64,000 nt of DNA from an uncultured Methanomicrobiales archaeon (GCA_963758915.1 CAVWXH010000003.1:128001-192000), one strand, 5' to 3'. Positions 9,665 through 20,581 are shown, numbered from the stretch's first letter. The notes: generated by a model from the letters alone, not told the origin. A program made the numbers and translations.

Positions 9665-10561
9665 ATGGCCGAAGAAGGGTACCGGGAAACGGTAATAGAG
9701 GGAAAAAAGGTCCAGTGGGATCCTGAGCAACTCCGTAAGATTCAGGAACACCCCTGCTTTTCCGAGAAGGCATGCCACGGATTCGGGCGCTGCCATGTGG
9801 CGGTCGCTCCGAAATGTAATATCCAGTGCAACTACTGTATCAGGGACTTCGACTGTGTCAATGAAAGCCGCCCGGGAGTCACGGCAAAGGTCCTGGACTC
9901 AGGCGAAGCGATAGATCTTGTAAAACGGGTGGTTGAGAAATATAACTACATCAAGGTGGTCGGTATAGCCGGGCCTGGCGAACCGCTGGCAAACGAGGAG
10001 ACCTTTGAAACACTCCGCAAGCTCCATGAGGAATTTCCAAACGTTATCAAATGTATCTCGACAAACGGGCTCCTTCTTCCAGAAAAAATCGATCTCCTCC
10101 AGAAATATGATGTGGGAAATGTCACCGTTACCCTGAATGCAATTGACCCGGAGATTGGGGCGAAGATTTACCAGTTCATCGAATGGAAAGGCAAACGCTA
10201 CACCGGTGTAGAAGGTGCGAAAATTCTCCTCGAAAACCAGTTGAAAGGAATTGAAGAGGCCGTAAAGAGAAAAATGGTCGTAAAAATCAACACCGTCTAT
10301 ATCCCGGGTATTAATGATACCCATATTGTCGATATCGCAAAGAAAGTCGGCGAAATGGGCGTTTACACGTTCAATGTTATCCCGCTTATTGCCCAGTATA
10401 AATTTGCCGATATCGCTCCGCCGACCCCTGAAATGAAAAAGGCAATGCAGGACTCCTGCGCTCCGTATGTGCGCCAGATGAGGCATTGTCAGCGTTGCAG
10501 GGCGGATGCCATCGGAAAACTCGGGCACGATGTGAACAGCTGTCTCAGTGCAGAGAAGTAG
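9665..10561 (+). CDS. nifB: NifB-type radical SAM protein (short archaeal form, no NifX domain)
   Basis: HPCFS, RCHVAVAPKCNIQCNYC, NESRPGVT, GIAGPGEPLAN and RHCQRCRADAIG motifs. Confidence 0.9.
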   Translation: MAEEGYRETVIEGKKVQWDPEQLRKIQEHPCFSEKACHGFGRCHVAVAPKCNIQCNYCIRDFDCVNESRPGVTAKVLDSGEAIDLVKRVVEKYNYIKVVGIAGPGEPLANEETFETLRKLHEEFPNVIKCISTNGLLLPEKIDLLQKYDVGNVTVTLNAIDPEIGAKIYQFIEWKGKRYTGVEGAKILLENQLKGIEEAVKRKMVVKINTVYIPGINDTHIVDIAKKVGEMGVYTFNVIPLIAQYKFADIAPPTPEMKKAMQDSCAPYVRQMRHCQRCRADAIGKLGHDVNSCLSAEK

Positions 10562-10833
10562 AGAGAGTTCAATTTTCCCTGCTCTTTTTTTTCCTTCGGC
10601 TCTTTTTTCACCTCCCGGAATAATTCCTGGAAGTTAATCAGGACGCTCCCGAAAGAGCCTTCCCATTTAGGCAGAATACCGGGGGATCTGAAAATCATCA
10701 GCATACCCGGTGTCCCGGATACTGACAGATAACCGTTATCAATGAGAATAAGTGTGAAAAACACCATTCGGGCGGCCCGTTGCACATGCCACCCGCACCA
10801 TCCTGCCTTACCCGCCTTGCAACAGGGCAAAAA

Positions 10834-11304
10834 TTATGAGCGTATTGAGCTGTTTCCTTTCACGGAAATTATGTCGTTGAGATTATCTATCACCGGCTGG
10901 AGAACTAATGGCACTCCGGTGTCCTCTGCCCTGACCGTGTAATTATGGTAGGTAATCGTGTAGGTGAAATAATCAGCCCCGGGCATTGGGGCAGAATATG
11001 ACGCATTCATCCGGGTGAACCCTATGGAATAAAAAGATTCCCTGATAGTGCCCAGCGTGTTCGGGTTCACGATGAATGCACCACGCCCACGCTGCCCTGA
11101 ATACACCGCTGCTCCGTTCTCGAAGATCACAAGGTGGTCATCGAATCCCCCGATACCGCCCGTTCGGGAATAATCAACCAGGATTGCGGGGCCGGGTTCC
11201 GGGGTGGTATTTTTTACCGGCTGGTCCATGCATCCTGACATCCATACAAGAGCCACAACTAAAAGGAATGCAGCTGACGTACCCAGGTGGACTGCTCTTC
11301 CCAT
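10834..11304 (-). CDS. Lipoprotein resembling the emfourin (protealysin inhibitor) fold
   Basis: MSGC lipobox; YSRTGGIGG and ADYFTYTITY...VPLVLQPVI match the recalled emfourin pattern. Confidence 0.55.
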   Translation of the reverse strand: MGRAVHLGTSAAFLLVVALVWMSGCMDQPVKNTTPEPGPAILVDYSRTGGIGGFDDHLVIFENGAAVYSGQRGRGAFIVNPNTLGTIRESFYSIGFTRMNASYSAPMPGADYFTYTITYHNYTVRAEDTGVPLVLQPVIDNLNDIISVKGNSSIRS

Positions 11305-11406
11305 ACTAACAATTATTCTCCCTCAGATTAAGATGCTTTTGTTTACGCCACAGAATTAGAGGACTCCTTCCGGCATTGCTGCCGCAGGTGTCCCGGAATT
11401 TTCACC

Positions 11407-11757
11407 CTAGATCTCCAGGATATCGCCACTGCTTTTTTTCGCACCCTTTTTTTCGGGCAGGACTTCTTCAACTGCGTTGAGCAGCTGCTCAAGTTTTTCA
11501 TTCCCGAAAACCTGCCGGAACGCCAGTAGTTCAACCCTGCTCATAACCATAATCCCCTTTTTCTTCATCGGCCGTCCATTCTCATCAACCGGGTTTATAT
11601 CCATGGCAAGTGATGCCGGCCGGCTCCTTGTTGCGGGAAGCCGGATTATCGATACACCGGGTAATGAAGTGTTCTTTCGCTCCCAGTCCTCACCGGTATC
11701 GAGGAACACGCGCAGGTTTTCAGTTATTTCCATGACATTCACTCCGGTTCCCGCCAT
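11407..11757 (-). CDS. Conserved hypothetical protein
   Basis: Clean ORF with protein-like composition (DWERKNTS.PGV.IIRLP...INPVD..G.P.KKKGI). Confidence 0.7.
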   Translation of the reverse strand: MAGTGVNVMEITENLRVFLDTGEDWERKNTSLPGVSIIRLPATRSRPASLAMDINPVDENGRPMKKKGIMVMSRVELLAFRQVFGNEKLEQLLNAVEEVLPEKKGAKKSSGDILEI

Positions 11758-11826
11758 AAAAGTTTATGCCACGCGGGGTGAAAGAGACGGTTAATTCCAA
11801 AATGCGTTCTTCACCCAGACCTGGCC

Positions 11827-12495
11827 GTGAACCGGTGTTGCATTTATTACCCCAATCAGAAATCCTCCGGGATGTACAACCCGGCAGCTCACTTTCACCC
11901 CGCATGTTCCATGTCTTTATCCCCTTCGGGCCCTGAACAGATCCCGGAGAAGATGGACCTCGAATTGCAGCCGGATATCCTCGTCCCGGAACGCATGATC
12001 ACCGTGATTATCGGCCCGCCGCAGGTTATGGCAGACAGTATGGACCACTGCTCCGGAATGATGCGGCGTTTCCCGTTCCTTTACGCCTGCAGCAATTATT
12101 CAATGGTCCTCCCGCTCCTCCACAGGACTACCTTTGAGTTCTCAGTCCGCCGCGGTTTCACCTCCGACCAGGTCTCAACTATTATTGGCGAATGTGATGC
12201 CACGTACCTCATCATCGAACACGACCCCTCGCTCTACGAAGATGACAGGAGGCTGATACCGTTTGTGGTGAACAAAATCAGGGGGTTCGCCCGCGATGAC
12301 GGTACGGTAATCGTGTACTCCCAAAGGGCAGACCCCTTCATACGTCATCTTGTCCGGGCAGCCCACCGGGTATACCTTTATGCCAACTGGGGAACTGCCA
12401 TCCGCCTCAACCAGTTGAAACAACAGAACAATTTGCGTGGAGCAGGTGGAAAGGTCCTTTCCTGCCAGGTGCGGTTAGATGTGTCCGGGGTCTGA
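11827..12495 (+). CDS. Hypothetical protein, degenerate RadA/RecA-like fold with a C-terminal PIP-box-like tail
   Basis: VRRGFTSDQV...LIIEHDPSLYE resembles inactive RadA-like proteins of archaeal polB2 loci. It ends in QVRLDV. The start is uncertain. Confidence 0.55.
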   Translation: MNRCCIYYPNQKSSGMYNPAAHFHPACSMSLSPSGPEQIPEKMDLELQPDILVPERMITVIIGPPQVMADSMDHCSGMMRRFPFLYACSNYSMVLPLLHRTTFEFSVRRGFTSDQVSTIIGECDATYLIIEHDPSLYEDDRRLIPFVVNKIRGFARDDGTVIVYSQRADPFIRHLVRAAHRVYLYANWGTAIRLNQLKQQNNLRGAGGKVLSCQVRLDVSGV

Positions 12496-13018
12496 ACGGG
12501 GACCCGCATGCATGTGGAATACCTCCCCTCCCGCATCGACTGTAAAAATATTCCCGGGCATCCTTTTATCAGGCCGACTGATGACTGGATCAGGTATGAA
12601 AGGGTGTCATGACCCTCATTCCGGACCTGTGCGGCTACCATCACGCCTGGTATTTTACCTTGGAAACTACACAGGAGGTGCCTTTTCTGCCCGGTGGAAC
12701 GGTAACGCCATCATCGTCGAGGAGACCAGGGGGGGAAATTTTAACGGAACTCCACGAATCATTTCACCCGGGCCGGAACACTGGGCGCAATTCTGGAAGG
12801 AGATTGACGATACAGGGGTCTGGGCGTGGGACGAGGTCTATACAAATCCGCACGGGTGTTGCGGGGTTACCTACTGGCAGCTGGTACTTGAGACAGGAAC
12901 CAGATCTGTTTCCTGTTCTGGGGAAGACCGGTTCCCAGGCGGGGAATCGCCGGAGCTGACACCTGGTTTCAGGGCACTGGTATGCGCGATAAAAACATTG
13001 TGCGGGAATGCCACCTGA
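12479..13018 (+). CDS. Hypothetical protein (true start probably ~12580-12597)
   Basis: Long ORF with a globular Trp-rich core (WAQFWKEIDDTGVWAWDEVY...GVTYWQL). Confidence 0.6.
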   Translation: MCPGSERGPACMWNTSPPASTVKIFPGILLSGRLMTGSGMKGCHDPHSGPVRLPSRLVFYLGNYTGGAFSARWNGNAIIVEETRGGNFNGTPRIISPGPEHWAQFWKEIDDTGVWAWDEVYTNPHGCCGVTYWQLVLETGTRSVSCSGEDRFPGGESPELTPGFRALVCAIKTLCGNAT

Positions 13019-13129
13019 TCAGGGGATCACAGGAGGTTTCCTGGTTATCAGTCGATGTACCGGGGAGTCATCGGTATGCCCGTTTCCAAGCGGTTAATGC
13101 CATAACCAGCAGATAGTAAAGGTAGTAAT

Positions 13130-13972
13130 ATGCCCTCCCTCACCCTTTCAGCCGATCAACCCTTCAGCCTGGATAAAACACTCTCGTGCGGGCAGGTGTT
13201 CCGCTGGGCAGAGAGTGGTGAAGGGTGGACGGGGATAGTAGGGGACAGGGTAATCAGGATTCAGCAGGACAGGGACCGTCTCACCTGGGATGGCGCGGAC
13301 GAGTCCTTTATCCGCCATTATTTTTCGCTCGACCTTGACCTTCCCGGGATCCTGTCTGAAATTGATCGTGACCCGGTCATTCACCGGGCAATCGAAGAGT
13401 GCAGGGGGCTTAGGATTGTCAGGCAGCCACCATGGGAATGCCTGGTTTCCTATATCATCGCAACCTTCACGAACATTCCCTCGATCAAACGTCGTATCAG
13501 CTTGTTATGCAGGGAATTCGGTAATGAAATCAGTCCGGGTGGTGAAACTGGTTTCTCTTTTCCAACCCCGGAAGCCCTTGCCGGGGCAGAGGAGTGCCAG
13601 GTCAGGGCTTGCAGCCTCGGTTACCGTTCCCCGTTCCTCTGCCAGGTGGCACAGGCAATTGAAGGGAACCCCTGGTGGGCCGGTACCATCCGTAATCTGC
13701 CCTACGAGGAGGCACGGACAGAACTTATGCACTACCGCGGGGTTGGACGTAAAGTGGCAGACTGTGTCCTCCTTTTTGGCTTTGAACGGCTGGAAGCGGT
13801 GCCGGTTGATGTGTGGATAGAGAGGATCCTCAGGCAGCATTACCTGGAACCCGGTGAAAAAGCAGATTACGAATATATCAGGCGATATGCACAGGGTTAT
13901 TTCGGACCTTACGCGGGGTACGCGCAGGAATATCTCTTCTGTATGAGAGATGCTATTGCAAAAAAAGAATGA
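13130..13972 (+). CDS. ogg: 8-oxoguanine DNA glycosylase (OGG1/HhH-GPD family)
   Basis: TLSCGQVFRW, GLRIVRQPPWECLVSYI, HhH GVGRKVADCVLLF, VPVDVWI and YAGYAQEYLF motifs. Confidence 0.93.
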   Translation: MPSLTLSADQPFSLDKTLSCGQVFRWAESGEGWTGIVGDRVIRIQQDRDRLTWDGADESFIRHYFSLDLDLPGILSEIDRDPVIHRAIEECRGLRIVRQPPWECLVSYIIATFTNIPSIKRRISLLCREFGNEISPGGETGFSFPTPEALAGAEECQVRACSLGYRSPFLCQVAQAIEGNPWWAGTIRNLPYEEARTELMHYRGVGRKVADCVLLFGFERLEAVPVDVWIERILRQHYLEPGEKADYEYIRRYAQGYFGPYAGYAQEYLFCMRDAIAKKE

Positions 13973-14020
13973 TATTTCAGACCTTTGGTTTCCTACTGCC
14001 CCGGGTACCGGTACACCGGA

Positions 14021-15247
14021 TTATGTACCGATATCCCAGCTGGACATGTAGGTGCGCTGGTCAGGGGTGAGCGAATCGATCTGGAATCCCAGTGCATCGA
14101 GTTTCATCCTGGCTACCTGTTCGTCAATCTCCTGTGGGACATCAAACACCCCTGCACCCATCGTTTTGCCGTGTGTTACGACATGCTTTGCACAGAGCGC
14201 CTGGAGCGCGAATGACAGGTCCATCACTTCAACCGGGTGTCCCATCCCCTTTGGCGTCGCGAGGTTGACGAGCCGGCCTTCCGCGAGGACATGGATGTTC
14301 TTTCCGCCGACACGGTACGAATCAATGCCGTCACGGCGTACAACACCATCACTATGGTGTTCGAGCCAGTCCACATCAATTTCAACGTTGAAATGACCTG
14401 CATTCGCAAGAATTGCCCCGTTTTTCATTACATTGAAGTGCCGTTCGACAATGATATGAGTGTTCCCTGACGTCGTGATAAATATCTCCCCTGTCGCAGC
14501 TGCCTGGTCCATCGGCATAATGGTGAACCCGTCCATGTATGCTTCCAGTGCCCGTCTCGGGTCAATTTCAGTAACGATTACCCGTGCACCAAGCCCGTGA
14601 AGTTTCCGTGCAAGCCCCCGCCCGCAATAACCATATCCTGCGACCACCACGTGTTTGCCTGCAATCAGCACGTTTGTCGTCACCATTATCGCGGTAAGGG
14701 CACTTTCCCCGGTCCCGTGTACATTGTCAAAATAGTGTTTCATCGGGGTATCGTTCACCGCAATAACCGGGAATTGTAATGCGCCTTCACGTGCCATGGC
14801 CCGGAGGCGGTGTATCCCTGTTGTTGTCTCCTCGCACCCACCAATGGTTGTTTCGAGGAGTTCCTGGCGCTTGGTATGGATCTGGTAGATGAGGTCCATA
14901 CCGTCATCAATGGTAATCTGGGGCTTCGCGTCGAGCACCTTGTCAATCGCTTCGTAATATTCTGTATTATCAGCACCACGGCGGGCGTAACAGTGTACAT
15001 TCCTGACCCGGTTTAGCGCAGCGGCCACATCGTCCTGTGTCGAGAGAGGATTGCAGCCGGTAATGAACACTTCTGCGCCACCCGCGGCAAGTGCCGATAC
15101 CAGGTTTGCGGTCTTTGCTTCGACGTGAAGTGCCATGCCGATCCGGATGCCACGGAACGGCTGGGACTTCACAAATTCTTCCTTAATTATTGAAAGCACC
15201 GGCATGTACTGCCGTGCCCATTCAATTTTCAACTCTCCGGAATCCAT
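14021..15247 (-). CDS. ahcY: Adenosylhomocysteinase (S-adenosyl/S-inosyl-homocysteine hydrolase)
   Basis: CNPLSTQD, EETTTG, FDNVHGTGES, GYGYCGRG, NAGHFNVEID, EGRLVNL and GHPVEVMDLSF motifs. Confidence 0.97.
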   Translation of the reverse strand: MDSGELKIEWARQYMPVLSIIKEEFVKSQPFRGIRIGMALHVEAKTANLVSALAAGGAEVFITGCNPLSTQDDVAAALNRVRNVHCYARRGADNTEYYEAIDKVLDAKPQITIDDGMDLIYQIHTKRQELLETTIGGCEETTTGIHRLRAMAREGALQFPVIAVNDTPMKHYFDNVHGTGESALTAIMVTTNVLIAGKHVVVAGYGYCGRGLARKLHGLGARVIVTEIDPRRALEAYMDGFTIMPMDQAAATGEIFITTSGNTHIIVERHFNVMKNGAILANAGHFNVEIDVDWLEHHSDGVVRRDGIDSYRVGGKNIHVLAEGRLVNLATPKGMGHPVEVMDLSFALQALCAKHVVTHGKTMGAGVFDVPQEIDEQVARMKLDALGFQIDSLTPDQRTYMSSWDIGT

Positions 15248-15263
15248 TCTTCACCAACGTTTT

Positions 15264-15368
15264 CCTGCAGGGTACAGGAGGCCGTCTGCCCCGTGTAGTG
15301 TACCAGGGACAACACCCGTTATAAAACGGCGCGACCCGCCGTTTTTCGAAACGGCGACCACCTGCAGG
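15264..15368 (-). ncRNA. Candidate structured 5' leader of ahcY (multi-stem RNA)
   Basis: Self-complementary CCUGCAGG at both ends encloses hairpins CGCCGUUU-cgaa-AAACGGCG, CCGUU-uuau-AACGG and UGUCCCUG..CACGGGGCA. A TATA-like TATTAAGTA lies at 15405-15397. Confidence 0.4.
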
Positions 15369-15478
15369 CCATCCCTTACCAGATTGACCTGCAGATTACT
15401 TAATAGCACTACTAGCAGCACAGATACCGGTTCGGTGAGGCATAACCATGATATACTCTTCTCCGGGAATGGTACTCC

Positions 15479-16285
15479 ATGGTTCTGACCAGGCGGATCA
15501 TCCCTTGTCTCGATATAAAAGATGGCAGAGTGGTAAAAGGGACTAATTTTGTCGGGCTCCGGGACGCGGGTGACCCTGTGGAACTGGCCCAGCGATACAA
15601 TGACCAGGGTGCAGACGAGGTCGTTTTTCTTGATATCACGGCCTCAAAAGAGAACAGGGGGACCCTTATTGACGTGATACAGCGGGCATCAGACCGGTTA
15701 TTTCTGCCGCTCACCGTGGGCGGGGGTATCAGGAACCTTGACGATATCCATGCAATCCTCCGTGCCGGTGCAGACAAGGTGAGTATCAACACGAGTGCCG
15801 TCCATGATCCTGACCTCATCAGGCGTGGTGCAGAACGGTTTGGTACCCAGTGTATTGTGCTTGCAATGGATGTGCGGCGAAATGTTACCCCGAACCCGGA
15901 AGGGACACCGGTCCTGCTCCCTGACGGAAGTACCTGCTGGTATGAAGTGGTAATTTACGGCGGGAGCAGACCCACCGGGATCGATGCAATTACATGGGCA
16001 AACGCAGGGGAGGAAATGGGAGCAGGAGAGATCCTGCTCACCAGCATGGAAACAGACGGCACAAAAGGTGGTTTTGATATCCCCATCACGGCTGCCATCT
16101 CGGACGCTGCCGGTATCCCGGTCATCGCAAGTGGCGGTGTCGGTACCTACGAACATTTTTACGACGGCTTTACGCGGGGGAAAGCAGATGCCTGCCTTGC
16201 AGCCAGCGTGTTCCACTACGGCGAAATGACAGTACAATCGGTCAAGAACTACCTTGCATCCCGCCAGATCCCCATACGTATCTGA
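15479..16285 (+). CDS. hisF: Imidazole glycerol phosphate synthase cyclase subunit
   Basis: [37 protein letters not shown] and IASGG motifs. Confidence 0.97.
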   Translation: MVLTRRIIPCLDIKDGRVVKGTNFVGLRDAGDPVELAQRYNDQGADEVVFLDITASKENRGTLIDVIQRASDRLFLPLTVGGGIRNLDDIHAILRAGADKVSINTSAVHDPDLIRRGAERFGTQCIVLAMDVRRNVTPNPEGTPVLLPDGSTCWYEVVIYGGSRPTGIDAITWANAGEEMGAGEILLTSMETDGTKGGFDIPITAAISDAAGIPVIASGGVGTYEHFYDGFTRGKADACLAASVFHYGEMTVQSVKNYLASRQIPIRI

Positions 16286-17882
16286 GGTCAATCTCGAACG
16301 CGGCAACGGATTGTTCCAGATCAAACGCGTTCAGCACGTAGGGATGTATCTCGCCAAATACCCCTGCTTTTTTGCCGGCCACGATGATATCAGCCCGGCG
16401 CCCGTCAATAAATGCCTGGTCGGCTGACTCCTTCACGGTATAGTCTATAGAGAGCTCGTGGAGCACTGCATCGGCTGATGCATAGGCTTCCGAGAAATCA
16501 GCGTCCCTGTGAAGGCTGACGCCTGCGGCCTTCTGGTAGGTGAGGCATGAGTCCACCACGTCCCCAACCGTGAAAAGGCGCTGCGGGAGTTCGCGATGGC
16601 GGTTCAGGGTTAAAAATTCAAGGAGCAGGGGGAGGAGGTCGGTCCTTACCACCGTGTTCTCGATACTGATCGGGTGCATAACGCGCAGAACACCAGGGTG
16701 TCCCGGCCGCTGCATTTTCCCGTAGAGTACGTCCTCGTTCGTCAGCGTGAACGGCATAACCTCGAGGTAGCCCAGGCCACAGAAGGCCTCGCGGGCAAGG
16801 GCGGCGTTGACCTGTACCGGGTGTGGTTTTCCCACGGTGAAGGTCTTCGGAGGAAGGTCCTGGATCCTGTCGTACCCGTACGCGATTGCCACATCCTCAA
16901 AGAGGTCCCAGTCGTGCATGATATCCGCCCGGTAGCAGGGCACCTGCACCTTCACCTTGTCTGCTCCCACAGGTTCTGCACCGAACCGCATCTGCTGCAG
17001 GAGCGACGCCATCGACAACGCGGTCAGCTCAACCCCGAGAAGCCGGGAGCACTCAGTAACACTCACCGTCCGTTCCACGGGCGCGAGCGTAGGGGTCTGC
17101 ACCCCGCCGATTCCGACACTCTCGATTTTTGCACCTGCCTCAGCCATCGCCGTGCAGATGATGTTGACGGCAACGCCGACCGCCCGCCTGTCAGTGCCGG
17201 TCGTATCGAGGAGGATGTTTTTCGTATCGATAGTCACCCGTGTCCGTTCACCGTTGATGATAGGGGGGAACGAGAGGACATGGTCACCGTCGTCGACGAT
17301 CAGCGGGAAGAGCGGGAAGTCCTTCACGATCTTCGCATAGTCCCGGCCCTTCGGGTGCTTTTCGAGGATCTCGTCCATCGTCATCTCTTCGGTATAATCG
17401 AGCGGGACAAACTTCCTGCTCCTTGGTGAGGCGATGTAGCGGAACGGGGGTTTGACCGTGTCAAGGTCATGGATGCCGATCGCCACCTTGCTCCTGCCCC
17501 TGCCGACCGCCCAGTGGAGCGACTCCTGCAGGGACATTATGCTCTGGATCGACTCGTCATCGAAGTCAACACCGCGGATGACCGCTGCCCCGAGAACCGG
17601 GCGAATGCCGGCAAGCTCCGGGTCGACCGTAAACGAGATTCCCGAGGGCTTCACCGGGTACGAGGGCAGCCCTGTTTCAATCCCGAGGTAACCCCGCATG
17701 GCCCGGGCAACGCCTTCCGGCGAGAAGAGGTCGGGGCGGTCAGGGAAAAACTCCACGTCCGCATGGTCTTCTTCGATCCGCTCCACGTCAGAGCCGATGA
17801 GGGCGACCTTGTCGAGGATCGTCTTCCTGTCGGTGCGGGTGAGACGCTCGAGGTACTTGTAGGGGAGGGTTATGACCGCCAT
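16242..17882 (-). CDS. pheT: Phenylalanyl-tRNA synthetase beta subunit
   Basis: [36 protein letters not shown] and GEIHP motifs; downstream of pheS. Confidence 0.95.
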   Translation of the reverse strand: MAVITLPYKYLERLTRTDRKTILDKVALIGSDVERIEEDHADVEFFPDRPDLFSPEGVARAMRGYLGIETGLPSYPVKPSGISFTVDPELAGIRPVLGAAVIRGVDFDDESIQSIMSLQESLHWAVGRGRSKVAIGIHDLDTVKPPFRYIASPRSRKFVPLDYTEEMTMDEILEKHPKGRDYAKIVKDFPLFPLIVDDGDHVLSFPPIINGERTRVTIDTKNILLDTTGTDRRAVGVAVNIICTAMAEAGAKIESVGIGGVQTPTLAPVERTVSVTECSRLLGVELTALSMASLLQQMRFGAEPVGADKVKVQVPCYRADIMHDWDLFEDVAIAYGYDRIQDLPPKTFTVGKPHPVQVNAALAREAFCGLGYLEVMPFTLTNEDVLYGKMQRPGHPGVLRVMHPISIENTVVRTDLLPLLLEFLTLNRHRELPQRLFTVGDVVDSCLTYQKAAGVSLHRDADFSEAYASADAVLHELSIDYTVKESADQAFIDGRRADIIVAGKKAGVFGEIHPYVLNAFDLEQSVAAFEIDLRYVWGSGGMQGSS

Positions 17883-17883
17883 T

Positions 17884-19326
17884 TCAGACACCCCCCTTCG
17901 TGTGGCGCAGCACGGGCGTTTCACGGAGGAACGCGATATCGCTCTGGTGCAGGTAGCGGAGGTCTTTCAACCCCAGCCTGAGCATCGCGATCCGGCTCAC
18001 GCCGAGCCCCCATGCAAGAACCGGGTAATTAATACCGAGCGGAGCGGTTACCTCCTCGCGGAAGACACCCGCGCCACCCATCTCGATCCAGCCGAGGCCT
18101 TCGACATAGACTTCAGCATCGAGGCTGGGCTCGGTATAGGGGTAGTACGAGGGTTTGAACCGCACGCCAAGAAAGCCCATCCGGTGGTAGAACTCGCGGA
18201 GGATCCCGAGCAGGTTTCCAAACGTTACACCCTCGTCCATCACGATCCCCTCGAGCTGCTCGAACTCGGCAAGGTGGGTGGTATCGATGGTTTCACGCCG
18301 GTAGACCCTGCCTATGCAGAACGCCTTGACGGGAGGGGCGGGGTTCTTCGCAAGGTGCTGGATCGAGACGCTTGTGGTATGGGTCCGCAGCACGCACTGC
18401 TCAGCTTTCTCCTCCTTCCAGACCCCGCCCCAGCCGGTCGAGGAGGTCTCACCACCGGACTCGTGCATCGCCTTTACTTTCTCGTATCCTTCGGGGAGCG
18501 GGAGGTTTTCACGGAGGTAGAAGGTGTCCTGCATCTCGCGGGCCGGGTGGTCCTGCGGCTGAAAGAGGGCGTCGAAATTCCAGAAAGACTGCTGGACGAT
18601 ACCCCCGTACAGCTCCTCGAACCCCATCTCAAGAAGGATCTCCCTCATCTCGGCGATGATCCGCTGGTACGGGTGGACCTTGCCGGGATACGCCTTCTTC
18701 GGGAGCTTAGTCACGTCGTACCGGCGGAGTTGTAAACTTTTCCATTCACCTGATATGATCTGCTCGGTGGTGAGAGTTCCGGTCTCCTCGCGGAGATCGA
18801 GACCTTTTTGTGCAAATGCGAGCCCTTCAGTAGTGATGGAAATTATGTAACGGACTGTCTCGGTCTCCTGAAGGAGGCCACGCTTGATAATCTCTATTGT
18901 TGCCGTGTCAGTGGCAGAGGGGTTTTTTAAGGCAAGTTCATACGCTTCGGTGGAGGCACCAGTCGCCCTGACAATGGAGTTACCTTCAACCTTCACGAGG
19001 CCTTTCTTTCTCAACTGACCGAACCCGATCTTAAATGCCTCGTGTTTCTGGAGGTCAGCTAGCGTTGTGCCCGGCAGGATGTCCTGTAATAGTTGTGTCT
19101 CCGGGAGCCCTTTCTGTAAGTAGACCTTTCCCTCGTCCGTGTATACGAACTCCTTTGCAACAATCCGCTCGACCGTAACAAGCCCCCTGTCCTGTGCGAG
19201 GTGGGCCCACTGCACCACTGCTTCGGGGGTAGCTTCCAGCAGGCCGGCAAGATGCGGGGCGTCTGCCGTCTTCTCTTTTTCGAGAGCGGTAAGCAACCGT
19301 TTCTCGTTCTGTGTCAGTTCTGCCAT
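17884..19326 (-). CDS. pheS: Phenylalanyl-tRNA synthetase alpha subunit
   Basis: [36 protein letters not shown] and AWGLG motifs. Confidence 0.97.
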   Translation of the reverse strand: MAELTQNEKRLLTALEKEKTADAPHLAGLLEATPEAVVQWAHLAQDRGLVTVERIVAKEFVYTDEGKVYLQKGLPETQLLQDILPGTTLADLQKHEAFKIGFGQLRKKGLVKVEGNSIVRATGASTEAYELALKNPSATDTATIEIIKRGLLQETETVRYIISITTEGLAFAQKGLDLREETGTLTTEQIISGEWKSLQLRRYDVTKLPKKAYPGKVHPYQRIIAEMREILLEMGFEELYGGIVQQSFWNFDALFQPQDHPAREMQDTFYLRENLPLPEGYEKVKAMHESGGETSSTGWGGVWKEEKAEQCVLRTHTTSVSIQHLAKNPAPPVKAFCIGRVYRRETIDTTHLAEFEQLEGIVMDEGVTFGNLLGILREFYHRMGFLGVRFKPSYYPYTEPSLDAEVYVEGLGWIEMGGAGVFREEVTAPLGINYPVLAWGLGVSRIAMLRLGLKDLRYLHQSDIAFLRETPVLRHTKGGV

Positions 19327-19327
19327 G

Positions 19328-20581
19328 TCACACCCTGATCCTGTCTGCGCATGCGTCCATCTTTTCCCTGAAATCTTTCAGAAACACTAAAACCCGCTCG
19401 GCGGTATCCTTCTTGCACTGCCCGCAGGTGACCTCGCCGGCGGTGCACTTCTGCCGTATCTCTGCAAGCTCTGCGTCGTCTGTTACCATGTGGAAGAGGT
19501 TGAGGAGGAAGATCGAACATTGTTCTGGCTCACCGCCAAGGCGTTTCTGCTCTTCCAGGGTCATCCTTCCGCCAGTGATCCCACTCATCACCTTCTTTCT
19601 CACCGTGACCTCGGGCTCGTAGAAGGAGATGATGCTCTCCGGGACGCTCGAGGACATCTTCCCACCAGTGAGGCCCGGCATGAAGATATGGTACGTGGAC
19701 GAGGGGGTGTAGAAGGCAAACCCGCCGTGTGCCCGCTCGATCTCCCGCACCCTTGCGGCAACATCGGTGCATTGCGCCCCCCTGATATCGACATGCCCTG
19801 TGTACTTCTTCGCGTGCGGGAATGCTTTCCTAACCGCCTCAAGCGCTTCTTCAGGAGCATTTTTAGAACGGACACTGATATAACCATCCCGTTCCTCAAC
19901 CGTGAACATCCGCATCTTGTGGGCGATTCCCCGGGTGAGCCGTATATGCGGGTCCTGGTCAATGCCTACTGGCACGAGGGTCGGTGCCGGCTCACGGTCG
20001 ATTTGCGGGTAGAGGATGTCGGCAACCTGCGTAATCACGCTGTCAGCGTGTGCGAGGTCGGTATCGGCTCCAAACCCATAAATTGCCGCGAGTTCCGAGA
20101 AGTTCACCTTGGTCGCCGCCTCGAAGGCAAGGTCCTTGAGCCGGTCGTTTTTGCTCTGGGAGTAGGTCTGTCCTTCAAACCCGAGTGCATAGAGGCAGGA
20201 GAGGTACTCCTTCCCGAACTCATTGCATTTCTCCCACGGGAGGCCGCGGACCGCATGGGCTTCGCGGTCAGCAATGGTGATGTAGCCGTTGCCTCCCTGC
20301 CGGACGTGCCATACGACCTCTTTCATCACCATCAGGTGACCGAGGTGCGGGTGGCCGGATGGCATGAACCCGGTCAGGATATGAAACTGGCGCCGGTTGT
20401 GTATTGCTTCAGCGATCACCTGGTAATCACGGTGACCGAGAACGATCCCCCGGCGAATAAAATACGGGACTTCGGGAAGGTTACTGATTGCATTCCCAAT
20501 CGGTGAAATGCCAAATTCAGAGAATGTTTTCTCGATCTCAAGCGACGGCTGACTCGACCATGGGTTGATCTCCGGGGACAT
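19328..20581 (-). CDS. trpS: Tryptophanyl-tRNA synthetase
   Basis: TGFMPSGHPHLGH (HIGH), VPVGIDQDPHIRLTR and KMSSS motifs. Confidence 0.97.
   Translation of the reverse strand: MSPEINPWSSQPSLEIEKTFSEFGISPIGNAISNLPEVPYFIRRGIVLGHRDYQVIAEAIHNRRQFHILTGFMPSGHPHLGHLMVMKEVVWHVRQGGNGYITIADREAHAVRGLPWEKCNEFGKEYLSCLYALGFEGQTYSQSKNDRLKDLAFEAATKVNFSELAAIYGFGADTDLAHADSVITQVADILYPQIDREPAPTLVPVGIDQDPHIRLTRGIAHKMRMFTVEERDGYISVRSKNAPEEALEAVRKAFPHAKKYTGHVDIRGAQCTDVAARVREIERAHGGFAFYTPSSTYHIFMPGLTGGKMSSSVPESIISFYEPEVTVRKKVMSGITGGRMTLEEQKRLGGEPEQCSIFLLNLFHMVTDDAELAEIRQKCTAGEVTCGQCKKDTAERVLVFLKDFREKMDACADRIRV

Noticed and set aside
16242-16285. Convergent 44-bp overlap of pheT and hisF 3' ends
   Set aside because: Short convergent overlaps are common, and the pheT tail may be altered by an indel.
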